IMG/VR virus record: IMGVR_UViG_3300020469_005555
Coordinates: 1-61,117 of that record
Source: a virus
Lineage: Duplodnaviria > Caudoviricetes
Length of the DNA stretch: 61,117 nt
Strand: one strand, 5' to 3'
The notes beneath the pieces were generated by a model. The model was not told the origin of the DNA. It saw nothing but the letters and a program-made list of their open reading frames with translations, and made no database searches. Shown here piece after piece: positions 48,593 through 57,415 of this stretch. Each line of letters begins with the position of its first letter. Position 1 is the stretch's first letter. The translations under genes and the position numbers were made by a program.

Positions 48593-50714
48593 AACCGCCC
48601 AAATATTTACTTAAAAATTTACCGTAACCAGTTGGTACGTGTATTCCATCACCTGATCTAGGTTTATAATTCTCAACAGACAAATCACTACAAGGATTTA
48701 TAAAATAAGTAGGTTGTTTAGTGTGTGCTTTAACGACAGGTTTAATAACCTCTTCGTTTCTTTTACAACGACTTTCTCTTTTCTTCAACCAGTATTTTTC
48801 ACTACTTTCTTCTTTAGAAACCATTGAATTATTTGAGCTTGGTTCGAACGCAGGTGGCCCACCAATCCAAACAATTGAGGCATTAGGCGCTAATTCATAA
48901 ATTTTATCTAATATCGATTTGCAATTTGATGCTTTGTTAGATGGATGACCACCTAGAGTTAGCAATACTAACTCTGCATCTTTAATGGAATTACTAAAAT
49001 TAGATTGATTTACAACAGTTCCTGCATGACCACCGCTGAGCATGCACACCCTTTCATTACCAATACTGAATCTATTTTTAATCCACTTACCTAAGCCACG
49101 GCCAACTTGACTGTCACCAATTAAAGCAACAGCTCCACTTGGAACGTTTAAAACACTTCTATTTACTTTTTCGCTACTAAATTTAGTTGATTTTTTATTT
49201 GATATACTTGTAGTGTCGTTACCAATTCCTACACCACCGAAAGAACCAAAACTAAAATCACGACCAGATTGTTCAGTTAATCCTCCGCCACCAGGTCCAA
49301 ATTCAAGAAAGTCTCTAGCACTCTTGTAACCATCTGCAGATTTGTGACCACCGTATTTTTTTGTGTCTGCTTTAGCTCTCGCAAAATCCCAACCAAGTTC
49401 TTCCATGTAATATCTACCGACATAAGCTCCGGTTCTATCAGCTCCGTGTGTGCAATGAATTAAAGTGTTACCTTTTTTTAGCATTTCTTTAGCTTTGTTA
49501 AATTTAGATCGATTACCCATATTGTCTTCACCGATAAAATTTTTAAAAACATTTAATCCTGCTTTTACAGCATTATTTGCAGCAGCTCTACCACCTTGAT
49601 CAGCATTCAATGAAATTACATTTTTAATTTCATATTCTTCACTTAATTCTTTCCAGAAGTCAACTGTTGGGTTTGTATGTTTTTTCTTGATTCCTGCGCG
49701 ATAATTGTTTTTGTTATCTAATATTTTATGAAAGTTAATTCCGCCCTTTATTCTTTCGCCCAACCTTCCTTTCCAAGAGTCCTTTCCACTCTTTGTGTTG
49801 CTTGAAAGTTCTGATTTTTTATTAATGCTATCAACACTTTCTCTAAAATATTTTGCGTACTCTTTTACGTGGTTTATATAATCAGTACTTCCTTGACCGT
49901 AATACATTGCAACAGCATCTGACCAGTTATTCTCGCCACTGTTAACTAATTTTTTAAACCTAGAATTAGATTTATGATTAACCCACTTAATAAACGCACG
50001 TTGAGAATAATCAATAGGGTTAGACTGAAAATCATTATATAATCTCACACCATCATTATTGTACTCACCTAACATGAAGTACCCTAATACTTGGTATAAA
50101 CCTATTGCTGCCCCTGTTATTGTTCCTGTTGGGCTAATTTTATACATTTTTTCAAATACAGGTTTATTCTTAGTGTGAGCATTGAAGTAAGAACCAGAAT
50201 ACTTTTTCCCCGACACAGACGGCTTTCTAGTCTCAACGCCCTCTTTTTTCCATGCATTAATAATTCGCTTTCTTTCTTCTTCGGTTATACCCACGTTAGT
50301 TGCGTATCTAGATTTAGGCACACTAAGTAAGTGTGGGTTTAAAGCCATCGCTTTTGCCTTACCGCCAGATTCTCTAGTTTGTATACCATATACAAAGTCA
50401 ATTCTTAAACCTGTTGCAGCAGCCATCTTTCTCACAGACTTAATATTAGCAGATCGCTTAGCACCTGAAGCTTTAAGTTTGTCGTTTAATGCAGTACCGT
50501 CAATATTTGCAAGATCGTCATTACTAATATCAATGTTTTTATCACTGGTTTTTTTGTCGTCTTTTTCATCATCGCTGTCACCGAAACCACTAGAACCAAT
50601 ACCTACCCCACCAAAAGATCCAAACTCTGCACTTCCACCTGCACGCTCTGATTGTTCTTTAATCAACGCGGTTCTAATTAATTCTCTTAATTCTTTCTCG
50701 TTGTGAATCATCAT
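48573..50714 (-). CDS. Multidomain protein: lysozyme-like muramidase + Cys-based phosphatase + SGNH hydrolase
   Basis: RESGG / IGLYQVLG / W...V.MYYG (DUF3380-like); LIHCTHGADRTG (CX5R); LIGDSQ...GDGIH (SGNH). Confidence 0.75.
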   Translation of the reverse strand: MMIHNEKELRELIRTALIKEQSERAGGSAEFGSFGGVGIGSSGFGDSDDEKDDKKTSDKNIDISNDDLANIDGTALNDKLKASGAKRSANIKSVRKMAAATGLRIDFVYGIQTRESGGKAKAMALNPHLLSVPKSRYATNVGITEEERKRIINAWKKEGVETRKPSVSGKKYSGSYFNAHTKNKPVFEKMYKISPTGTITGAAIGLYQVLGYFMLGEYNNDGVRLYNDFQSNPIDYSQRAFIKWVNHKSNSRFKKLVNSGENNWSDAVAMYYGQGSTDYINHVKEYAKYFRESVDSINKKSELSSNTKSGKDSWKGRLGERIKGGINFHKILDNKNNYRAGIKKKHTNPTVDFWKELSEEYEIKNVISLNADQGGRAAANNAVKAGLNVFKNFIGEDNMGNRSKFNKAKEMLKKGNTLIHCTHGADRTGAYVGRYYMEELGWDFARAKADTKKYGGHKSADGYKSARDFLEFGPGGGGLTEQSGRDFSFGSFGGVGIGNDTTSISNKKSTKFSSEKVNRSVLNVPSGAVALIGDSQVGRGLGKWIKNRFSIGNERVCMLSGGHAGTVVNQSNFSNSIKDAELVLLTLGGHPSNKASNCKSILDKIYELAPNASIVWIGGPPAFEPSSNNSMVSKEESSEKYWLKKRESRCKRNEEVIKPVVKAHTKQPTYFINPCSDLSVENYKPRSGDGIHVPTGYGKFLSKYLGGSTPTIS

Positions 50715-50724
50715 ATCAATCCCC

Positions 50725-53148
50725 TTAAACGTTTTTAACGCCCCCTGGAACAGTAACTGTCATGAAAAACTTTCCGCCGCCTAGTCTTCCTTTATAGTTA
50801 ACTTCATCTTTGTCAATAGTATCACCTTGCGCTGCTAGTAAATCTTTAATACTTTTTAAAGTACCAAATTTGAAAGCAAGGAGCTCTGATAGTTTTTGTA
50901 CTTTACCTAAAAGAATCTGGCCGTTTACTTTTCCGTTCCTGTTAAAAGAAACTTTAAGAATAATGCCTTCATTGTCTGTACCTGAGAAGTTTGGCTTTTT
51001 AATACCTTCAATTATTTTAAGTGATACTGCTCTTGTTGTACCAGGATCAAAACCCATGTCTTCTAAAGTATTAACCCCAGTTTTTCCAGTCTCAACTCTA
51101 ATCTGGACACCTCTTTCACCAATTCCTGTATTTGTTGATTTAGGTGTACCACTTCCTAAAGTAGGATCTACTTCTTTTTGTGCACTCGTTTCTGTTTCAC
51201 CTTCACCACTCGGCGCTTTTTCACTATCAGCCAGTAATGTGCCAGGACCAACTGAACCAGGTAGCTGCTTACCATTACCAAACTCAACGTTACCATTATA
51301 CATATCTAAAATCATTGCTAGCGCACCAGAAGGTCTAGCAACATAACCAACATAATTAGGTCCGTTATCATCTTGAAGTGCTGATGCCATTTCACCCCAC
51401 ATGTGATGCCCGTCATTGTATCGGTCTTGATCCGGATCTTGACTAAAAACAGGATGATTATCAAAGGAGTGATTTACAACAACATCCCATAGTCTGTCTG
51501 TGTCTGCACCCCATCTACCGTCTTCTTCAGTTGGGCTTGCTGTTAAATTGTATTTTTGCAAATATCTATTCATAACTTTTTGCATAGATTCAACATCATT
51601 ATACCTTTTACCAGGTGTAACATCCCCGCCCCTTGTTGCTGGAATGTCATCTTCACCCTCAGTTGTCCCATCATCAATGTCACTACCGTCAATGTCACCA
51701 CCATCACTACCGGTCAACCAGTCGAAAAATTCACTAAGTTTTTTTCCTATGTAACTGAATAATCCTGATAATCCTCCTGTAAGGGCTGCGATTCCACCAA
51801 CAAACACTCCAGACCACCAAGAAAAAGCTTTATCTATTTTTTCTGCAGCCCAGTTATAAGAAGTTGTTAAACCGTATTTGATTGCTTCCCACGTTTTACT
51901 AGCAAATGCTTTAATCTTTGCAATAATCACGTCAAATAATGGAGGTTCTAATTCGTCAAAAAATTCATTACCAATTGCAGTAAAATCGCTCCCAAAAGTA
52001 CCATAACCAGATAAAATTGAAATATCTCGCCCCATCAAGTATGGGCCTAGTTTGTCATGAATATTTTGTTTAAAAGGTAATAGTTTTTTAAGAAAAGCAT
52101 CCTCAATTGCAAACTTATTCTTAACTAAATCGTTTATACCCTCTGTATTAAAGTTAGAAAATGAAACATCATATTTTTCACAGAGATAATATATGTTGCT
52201 TTGGTCGGTTTTGTTGTAACTTTCTGCCCTAAAATCATCAATTGTAACAACAAAATGATCAGACATCACAGCACCGTCCCATTTAAATTCATACGTTCCA
52301 GCATCAATAATCATCCCCACACGAATGTCTATTTGATGCAAGTCATAAACAGTCAAATTTGGATTGGTAAAAATTGAAGTTAAGGCCTTTTCTGGTGCAT
52401 TGTCATTAACATTACCAGATCCTGCACCATCCCTTGTGCCACTGTTGTGTAAAGTTCTAACAAATTCATCAGCAATTGCCTGTGGATCCACTTTTGGATT
52501 TTTAAAGGCAGCGGGAAATGTACCAGAGAAGTCAGCTTTTGGTATTCCTAAAAAATTCTCAGCTGAACCTTGTGCCTTTAAATCATCAATTGCTGCTGCT
52601 ATTTCCGTTTGATACTTATTAAGATCAGTTTCACCAGGTGGTATACCATAATCAGCTGTGAAAGTCGCTGGTAATTCTGGCATATTTATTTCACCACTTG
52701 ATATACCTCTTGCTAACTCATTTGCAAAATTAACAACTGGGTTGTTTACTGCATCTTTCAAGAATAGTTTTTCAGGTTCGGAAAAAATATTGGCCTCTGC
52801 AAGTTTATCTTGTAAGTAATTTCTAGCAGCATACACACCACCTGATAATAAAGCAATAGCACCGACGTAAACAGCAAAATGACCAAGTGGTAGCGTGAGT
52901 ATTGTATATGCACCATACCCACCAATTATGAGTGTAGCAATATCCACAACATATGGTAATATTTCATTAATTGCAGAGGGCGACTGAACACCTGCGATAG
53001 ACCTAGCTAGTGTTGCAAGCGTTCCGCCAATACCACTCTGCTCCATTAGAACTAGTTCTTGAACTTTTGTATGACGCGTCGCTTCATATACAATTAAGCG
53101 TCTTCTTATAACTTCTCTAACTTCGTTTTCATTTAAAAACATGTACAA
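50725..53148 (-). CDS. Large putative virion/ejection protein with TM segments and a PG-binding-like motif
   Basis: Hydrophobic segments near aa 65-105 and 450-470; Trp-periodic amphipathic region; DVESMQKVMN...EDGRWGADT. Confidence 0.55.
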   Translation of the reverse strand: MYMFLNENEVREVIRRRLIVYEATRHTKVQELVLMEQSGIGGTLATLARSIAGVQSPSAINEILPYVVDIATLIIGGYGAYTILTLPLGHFAVYVGAIALLSGGVYAARNYLQDKLAEANIFSEPEKLFLKDAVNNPVVNFANELARGISSGEINMPELPATFTADYGIPPGETDLNKYQTEIAAAIDDLKAQGSAENFLGIPKADFSGTFPAAFKNPKVDPQAIADEFVRTLHNSGTRDGAGSGNVNDNAPEKALTSIFTNPNLTVYDLHQIDIRVGMIIDAGTYEFKWDGAVMSDHFVVTIDDFRAESYNKTDQSNIYYLCEKYDVSFSNFNTEGINDLVKNKFAIEDAFLKKLLPFKQNIHDKLGPYLMGRDISILSGYGTFGSDFTAIGNEFFDELEPPLFDVIIAKIKAFASKTWEAIKYGLTTSYNWAAEKIDKAFSWWSGVFVGGIAALTGGLSGLFSYIGKKLSEFFDWLTGSDGGDIDGSDIDDGTTEGEDDIPATRGGDVTPGKRYNDVESMQKVMNRYLQKYNLTASPTEEDGRWGADTDRLWDVVVNHSFDNHPVFSQDPDQDRYNDGHHMWGEMASALQDDNGPNYVGYVARPSGALAMILDMYNGNVEFGNGKQLPGSVGPGTLLADSEKAPSGEGETETSAQKEVDPTLGSGTPKSTNTGIGERGVQIRVETGKTGVNTLEDMGFDPGTTRAVSLKIIEGIKKPNFSGTDNEGIILKVSFNRNGKVNGQILLGKVQKLSELLAFKFGTLKSIKDLLAAQGDTIDKDEVNYKGRLGGGKFFMTVTVPGGVKNV

Positions 53149-53154
53149 CCCACT

Positions 53155-53925
53155 TTATTCTGATTTGGCGCCCATCATACTAGACAGTCCAGACATTGCC
53201 ATTTTACCTAAGCCACCAGCAGCGGCATCTTTTCCTAGCCCAAGAAGACTTCCAAATATTCCACCACCAGACTCACCAGATTCACCGCCACCAGAGAAAA
53301 GTCCTTTTATTGCATCCATAAGTTTGCCTTCACAAACAAATTCTCTCATCGGTTCTTGCAAGTAACCTTTTACTAAACCCACAACAACTTCGTTTATTGC
53401 TTCAGCAGGGACTGCTGAAAGTGAACTTTCTAAAGCACCTTGAACTTTATCAGCATTACCTGCATCTAAAAACTTGCCTGCAAGATAAGAAATTACTTTT
53501 GCACCACCAAGTTCAACAACGGTTTCTGTGATTGCTTCGGTTAACATTCCCATAATCTCATCACATTTGTTACTTCCAAAATACTTAGCTAGTTCTGTGT
53601 AATCAACAGCTTCTAAAACGTTTTGAAAAAACTTATGAAGAATAGGATCAGAAGTTTCGTTAACACCTAGAAAATTTAAAACTGCACTAGACAAATATCT
53701 TTTAATTAAATCAAAACCTGCGTCCATTAATCCTTCTTGAATTAATAGTTGCGCTAATCCTTCATTAATTTGAAACTGTGTCAAGCCTTTTTTGATTGCT
53801 TTAGATTCGAACAAAATCATTTTATTTTCAACAGAAGCAATATGTTCATGAAGCAATTCCTGTCTTTTGAATTCTTCCCTAATTAACTTTCTAATTTGTC
53901 GTCTTTGCGCATTACTTACTTGCAT
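53155..53925 (-). CDS. Hypothetical helical protein with Gly-rich tail (putative virion-internal)
   Basis: AGGAGG RBS; N-terminal RRQIRKLIREE leader. Confidence 0.65.
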   Translation of the reverse strand: MQVSNAQRRQIRKLIREEFKRQELLHEHIASVENKMILFESKAIKKGLTQFQINEGLAQLLIQEGLMDAGFDLIKRYLSSAVLNFLGVNETSDPILHKFFQNVLEAVDYTELAKYFGSNKCDEIMGMLTEAITETVVELGGAKVISYLAGKFLDAGNADKVQGALESSLSAVPAEAINEVVVGLVKGYLQEPMREFVCEGKLMDAIKGLFSGGGESGESGGGIFGSLLGLGKDAAAGGLGKMAMSGLSSMMGAKSE

Positions 53926-53981
53926 TTAATAGCCTCCTATTTTTTAATAAACCATTGTTAATATATATTAAGTAAAATTTT

Positions 53982-54311
53982 CTATATCTCAATCACATAT
54001 CTATATTTTTTAGACGGAACAATACTTCTTTTTTGGTGAGGTTTACACTTAAAAGCTTCTATTATGTTAAAGTCTTTATCTAAAAAAATAATGGTTAAGG
54101 GAATAAATGTATTTTTCATAGTAAAACTATGCTGCACATCATCGTTGTATATAAATATCATCCCATGCTTTCTAGGTAATAAAGAAATATTAGATAAACC
54201 ATTTGACTTTTTAGCAGAAGTATCAGCAACCCACAAGGTATAACGACCTCGGCCGTTAATATTTGTTTTTATTTTTCTATAATTTTTAAATTTTTTAAAA
54301 GCATCATTCAT
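53982..54311 (-). CDS. DUF192 family protein
   Basis: VADT......GL, GMIF, F.MKNT.IPL.IIFLD, YVIE; start adjusted to MNDAF. Confidence 0.85.
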   Translation of the reverse strand: MNDAFKKFKNYRKIKTNINGRGRYTLWVADTSAKKSNGLSNISLLPRKHGMIFIYNDDVQHSFTMKNTFIPLTIIFLDKDFNIIEAFKCKPHQKRSIVPSKKYRYVIEI

Positions 54312-54368
54312 AGTGCAACACGCGTGTAATTTTATTATAATATAAATATAATACAAGGAGAAATAATA

Positions 54369-54824
54369 ATGTTATCAATCATACTAACATTTCTAATTAG
54401 TAACGCCAACGCTGATGAATTACATTATAACTGGGTTTGGGAAACCTCACCATTAATTGAAATATGCCCAGATTCTAGCATGACAGTCAATGAAGTTGCA
54501 AAAAGCATTGCTTACTGGGAACATCAAGGTGTTGAAGTTGATATTACAAGTATTAATTACGTGGAAAATTGTGACATTACAAAAAGAAATGTGATACAAA
54601 TAATGGGCGACAGAAACATTGATCACGCCAAAGAACACGCAAAAACAAAAGTTAAATGGTATTACTACGGTGAAAAAAATGAAAACACAATACTTTACAT
54701 TAAAGCAGCACAAGTTCAGATACCACAAAACAACAAAGCAATGGAAGACATTGTACTTCATGAAATTGGTCACGCACTAGGATTAGGACATTCACATCAT
54801 GATATAATGAAAGCAGTACACTAA
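54369..54824 (+). CDS. Matrixin-like (metzincin) metalloprotease with signal peptide
   Basis: HEIGHALGLGH plus Met-turn IM; N-terminal signal peptide; AAGGAG RBS. Confidence 0.85.
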   Translation: MLSIILTFLISNANADELHYNWVWETSPLIEICPDSSMTVNEVAKSIAYWEHQGVEVDITSINYVENCDITKRNVIQIMGDRNIDHAKEHAKTKVKWYYYGEKNENTILYIKAAQVQIPQNNKAMEDIVLHEIGHALGLGHSHHDIMKAVH

Positions 54825-55273
54825 ATCCGCCACAATTTAACTAACTTATCAAAGATCGGCAAACGAACACCCCAGTTCTGATGTTGATCTTTTTCCATAT
54901 GATGTGCGTAATGCCAAGGCAACCATTTCTTACCCCACTCAACATCTATGTGTGACTTACGGTGAACATAATAATAAGCCAAAGCAGCGTATAACAGAGT
55001 TAACCAAAAATAAGGTATGATAAACAATAAGGGCGAATGAGAAAGAAGCAATAGAGATAACCCTAGAACCTCAAAAGCACTACTTTCTTTAGATAGCGTA
55101 AGATAGTTTTCATCATACATTTTATTTTTTCTTGCTATTTTATGATGCGTCCCAAAGTGTCTTTTAAAAACTTTCTTAAATTTTTTATTATTATGTAGAA
55201 CGTGTTTATGTATAAGATACTCTGCAGCATGTCCATATATCCAACCTGAAATAATCTGCAAAGCAATCCACAT
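54821..55273 (-). CDS. Fatty acid hydroxylase/sterol desaturase family membrane protein
   Basis: His boxes EYLIHKHVLH, HFGTHH, VHRKSH, WHYAHH; NWGV...FD. Confidence 0.8.
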   Translation of the reverse strand: MWIALQIISGWIYGHAAEYLIHKHVLHNNKKFKKVFKRHFGTHHKIARKNKMYDENYLTLSKESSAFEVLGLSLLLLSHSPLLFIIPYFWLTLLYAALAYYYVHRKSHIDVEWGKKWLPWHYAHHMEKDQHQNWGVRLPIFDKLVKLWRI

Positions 55274-55308
55274 AAAACAACCCCCCATATTTTTATGTAT
55301 GGGAGGTT
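55274..55308 (-). terminator. Possible rho-independent terminator
   Basis: Minus strand AACCTCCCATA-cataaaaa-TATGGGGGGTT-GTTTT downstream of 55340..55552. Confidence 0.45.
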
Positions 55309-55339
55309 TATATTACTTGACTTAAAATTTAATTAATTT

Positions 55340-55552
55340 TTAGCTGTTGCCATCAATATAAGAATTTAAAAAGTTCTGGAACGCTTTTGCTTCTTTAACA
55401 GTCATAGTAATCTGTGAACGTGAAGTAAAATAAGAATCATCTGATGGACTAGTAGTAATTGTTACTGTGTTTGATCCTGCTTTGTGAGACTTAGAGTCAC
55501 GACTGATGTTAAAATTGAAACGTTTTGTGTTTTTTGACTTAGTAAATTGCAT
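55340..55552 (-). CDS. Hypothetical small protein
   Basis: AGGAG RBS and its own promoter. Confidence 0.7.
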   Translation of the reverse strand: MQFTKSKNTKRFNFNISRDSKSHKAGSNTVTITTSPSDDSYFTSRSQITMTVKEAKAFQNFLNSYIDGNS

Positions 55553-55602
55553 GTATTTTCTCCTATACTCTGCGTGCTTCTGGATTTAAATCCATTACTA
55601 AC

Positions 55603-55631
55603 ATTATACCAAACACATAGACGCTTTACAA
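55603..55631 (-). promoter_or_regulatory. sigma70-type promoter TTGTAA-N17-TATAAT (extended TGG -10)
   Basis: Direct match upstream of 55552. Confidence 0.75.
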
Positions 55632-55731
55632 AATAAATCTTAATTAATTATACACTACGATATTCTGTGTACAACCAAATTAACCCAATCAAAACACCTA
55701 TGATAAACGCAGGTTCAGATACCATTACATT

Positions 55732-56013
55732 CTATTTGTTCATAATACAAACAATGTAAGTCGCACCATCGTGCTTCATCTGCTCAATCTTTTTACCAGA
55801 TTTTCCACCTTTCATCTTACATTTTTGCTCTGCTAGTCGTCGTGCCATATTAACATCATTCATTAATTTACCTACACCGACTGCTTTTTTACCGTCTTCA
55901 CCAAACTGCTCTTCAGCTTCTTTTTGCGCCGCTGCAGATTCGCCCTTCTTCTCAGATAAAATTCTTACTTCACGCAAAAGTAAACTTCTTAATTGTCTTC
56001 TATTTAATTTCAT
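55732..56013 (-). CDS. Small protein with MKLNRRQLR..LL.E leader
   Basis: GGAG RBS before the ATG at 56013; leader shared with the 58195 and 58570 ORFs. Confidence 0.75.
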   Translation of the reverse strand: MKLNRRQLRSLLLREVRILSEKKGESAAAQKEAEEQFGEDGKKAVGVGKLMNDVNMARRLAEQKCKMKGGKSGKKIEQMKHDGATYIVCIMNK

Positions 56014-56065
56014 ATTAACTCCAGTATCCATTATAACTATCTAGAAAACAATCATTAATCCTAGC

Positions 56066-56085
56066 GAAATTTTTCGGAGAAAATT
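56066..56085. repeat. Copy 1 (degenerate) of the intergenic AAATTT(T)CCGGAGAAATTTT element
   Basis: gaaatttttcggagaaaatt. Confidence 0.65.
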
Positions 56086-56110
56086 AAAAAGCGCCAGTGT
56101 CAACTGGCGC
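56086..56110 (-). terminator. Rho-independent terminator of the viperin operon
   Basis: Minus strand GCGCCAGT-TGAC-ACTGGCGC-TTTTT. Confidence 0.85.
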
Positions 56111-56174
56111 GAGCTAGGGCTACCCTATGAACGCCGAGTAGGACCCCTGCGGGCCCTCCTCAGCTCACTACTCT

Positions 56175-56525
56175 CTACTCATCCCTCACTACATGCGTCA
56201 AATGCCAAACATCATAATACTCAGGACACTCATAAACTTTTACTACTTCACACCTAGCTTTATCATTTATCTTCTCACACACAACTTCAATCTCATCACG
56301 ATCTAAATAAGCACGCTTCAATCGACCTCGATGATCCCGACACTTACACACCCGATAATGTGCATCATTTAAACGAGTCCTCAAATGCCACTTATCACAA
56401 CGCGCACAGCGATAAGGCACTAACTTACGATGCTTCCGCTTACATGTCTTAGCATATCGTCGCGCATCAGCCTTACTATAAAATACCATCATCGGCCGAC
56501 CAGATCCTAAATGAACACAACTCAC
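56175..56525 (-). CDS. Small Cys/His protein with two Y.C..(C)..WHL repeats
   Basis: GTG start overlapping the viperin TGA, GGGAGG RBS; YRCARCDKWHL and YECPEYYDVWHL. Confidence 0.75.
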   Translation of the reverse strand: MSCVHLGSGRPMMVFYSKADARRYAKTCKRKHRKLVPYRCARCDKWHLRTRLNDAHYRVCKCRDHRGRLKRAYLDRDEIEVVCEKINDKARCEVVKVYECPEYYDVWHLTHVVRDE

Positions 56526-57403
56526 TTCGTCACCTCCCAAGACCAAATACCACCACGACCCGAGAAAACATCGTCACTAAACATCGACTCAATCTCCGCC
56601 CAAGCGCGATCCATACCCACTTCAGGAATCGGAGTACTATGCTTAAACTCACCTCCCACATTATTATAAAACCTCAACTTACCATCAAGCATGCAATAAC
56701 TCCCAGTCATCAAATCATTAGACTCAACAACAGGCAATAAATGTCGATGCCGGCTGACCCAAGCAGAAAACTCCTCACTCGAAATCTCTAACTCATCCCA
56801 TACATGATCATTCTCACCCTTAATAGGCAATGCCTGGAAAACCTTCCAGCGATCAGGCGCGAGCCGCGCAACTAACTCAGACATGTTATCATAACGATTA
56901 TGCCGACAAACGACAGTATTCAGCTTAAGATTATAACCCAATACCTTAGCAGCATTCCAACTAACAAGAGAACGCTCAAGATGCTTACTATAACCTTTTT
57001 TAATCTCGCCAGCTCGACCACGACCAATCAAAGCATGCAAATGATCATTCGACGCGTCAATAGAAAAACCAATCCAATGAAGGTGCACACGCATTTTATC
57101 TAGCCAACGAGGTGTGACTTTGGTGCCATTAGTCACTAAACATGTGGTAAAACCCATCTCTGCTGCCAAAGTGATTCTGTGATCAATACGGCGATCTAAC
57201 ATGGGTTCTCCACCAACAAAGGTAATCTTGCGAACACCTCGTGTATAGAGATCTGCGTAAAGTTTAGGGATAGGATAATCGGATTTTTCTTCTATATCCG
57301 CGAAGTGTGCAAAACAGAATTTACACCGGTAGTTACAACGAGGCTCGAAATGCCAGTTAAGTGCGACAGGAAGGGACACTCGTCCCTGCGTAGGTATATT
57401 CAT
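56522..57403 (-). CDS. Viperin-family radical SAM enzyme (ddhNTP synthase-like)
   Basis: LNWHFEPRCNYRCKFCF, KITFVGGEP, VTNG, WIGFSID, KLNTVV, P.RWKVFQ.L.I.GEN, ESNDLMTGSY.MLD...RF. Confidence 0.9.
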   Translation of the reverse strand: MNIPTQGRVSLPVALNWHFEPRCNYRCKFCFAHFADIEEKSDYPIPKLYADLYTRGVRKITFVGGEPMLDRRIDHRITLAAEMGFTTCLVTNGTKVTPRWLDKMRVHLHWIGFSIDASNDHLHALIGRGRAGEIKKGYSKHLERSLVSWNAAKVLGYNLKLNTVVCRHNRYDNMSELVARLAPDRWKVFQALPIKGENDHVWDELEISSEEFSAWVSRHRHLLPVVESNDLMTGSYCMLDGKLRFYNNVGGEFKHSTPIPEVGMDRAWAEIESMFSDDVFSGRGGIWSWEVTK

Positions 57404-57415
57404 ATGTCACCCCTA

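Noticed and set aside
456-53365. Numerous antisense and alternate-frame ORFs (e.g. 7910..8455, 33921..34862, 50810..51346)
   Set aside because: They are shadows of well-supported genes, with no RBS or recognisable motifs
56161-57060. C-depleted viperin mRNA as self-protection from ddhCTP
   Set aside because: The coding-strand C fraction (~13% by rough count) looks similar to the AT-rich genes; G is enriched rather than C depleted
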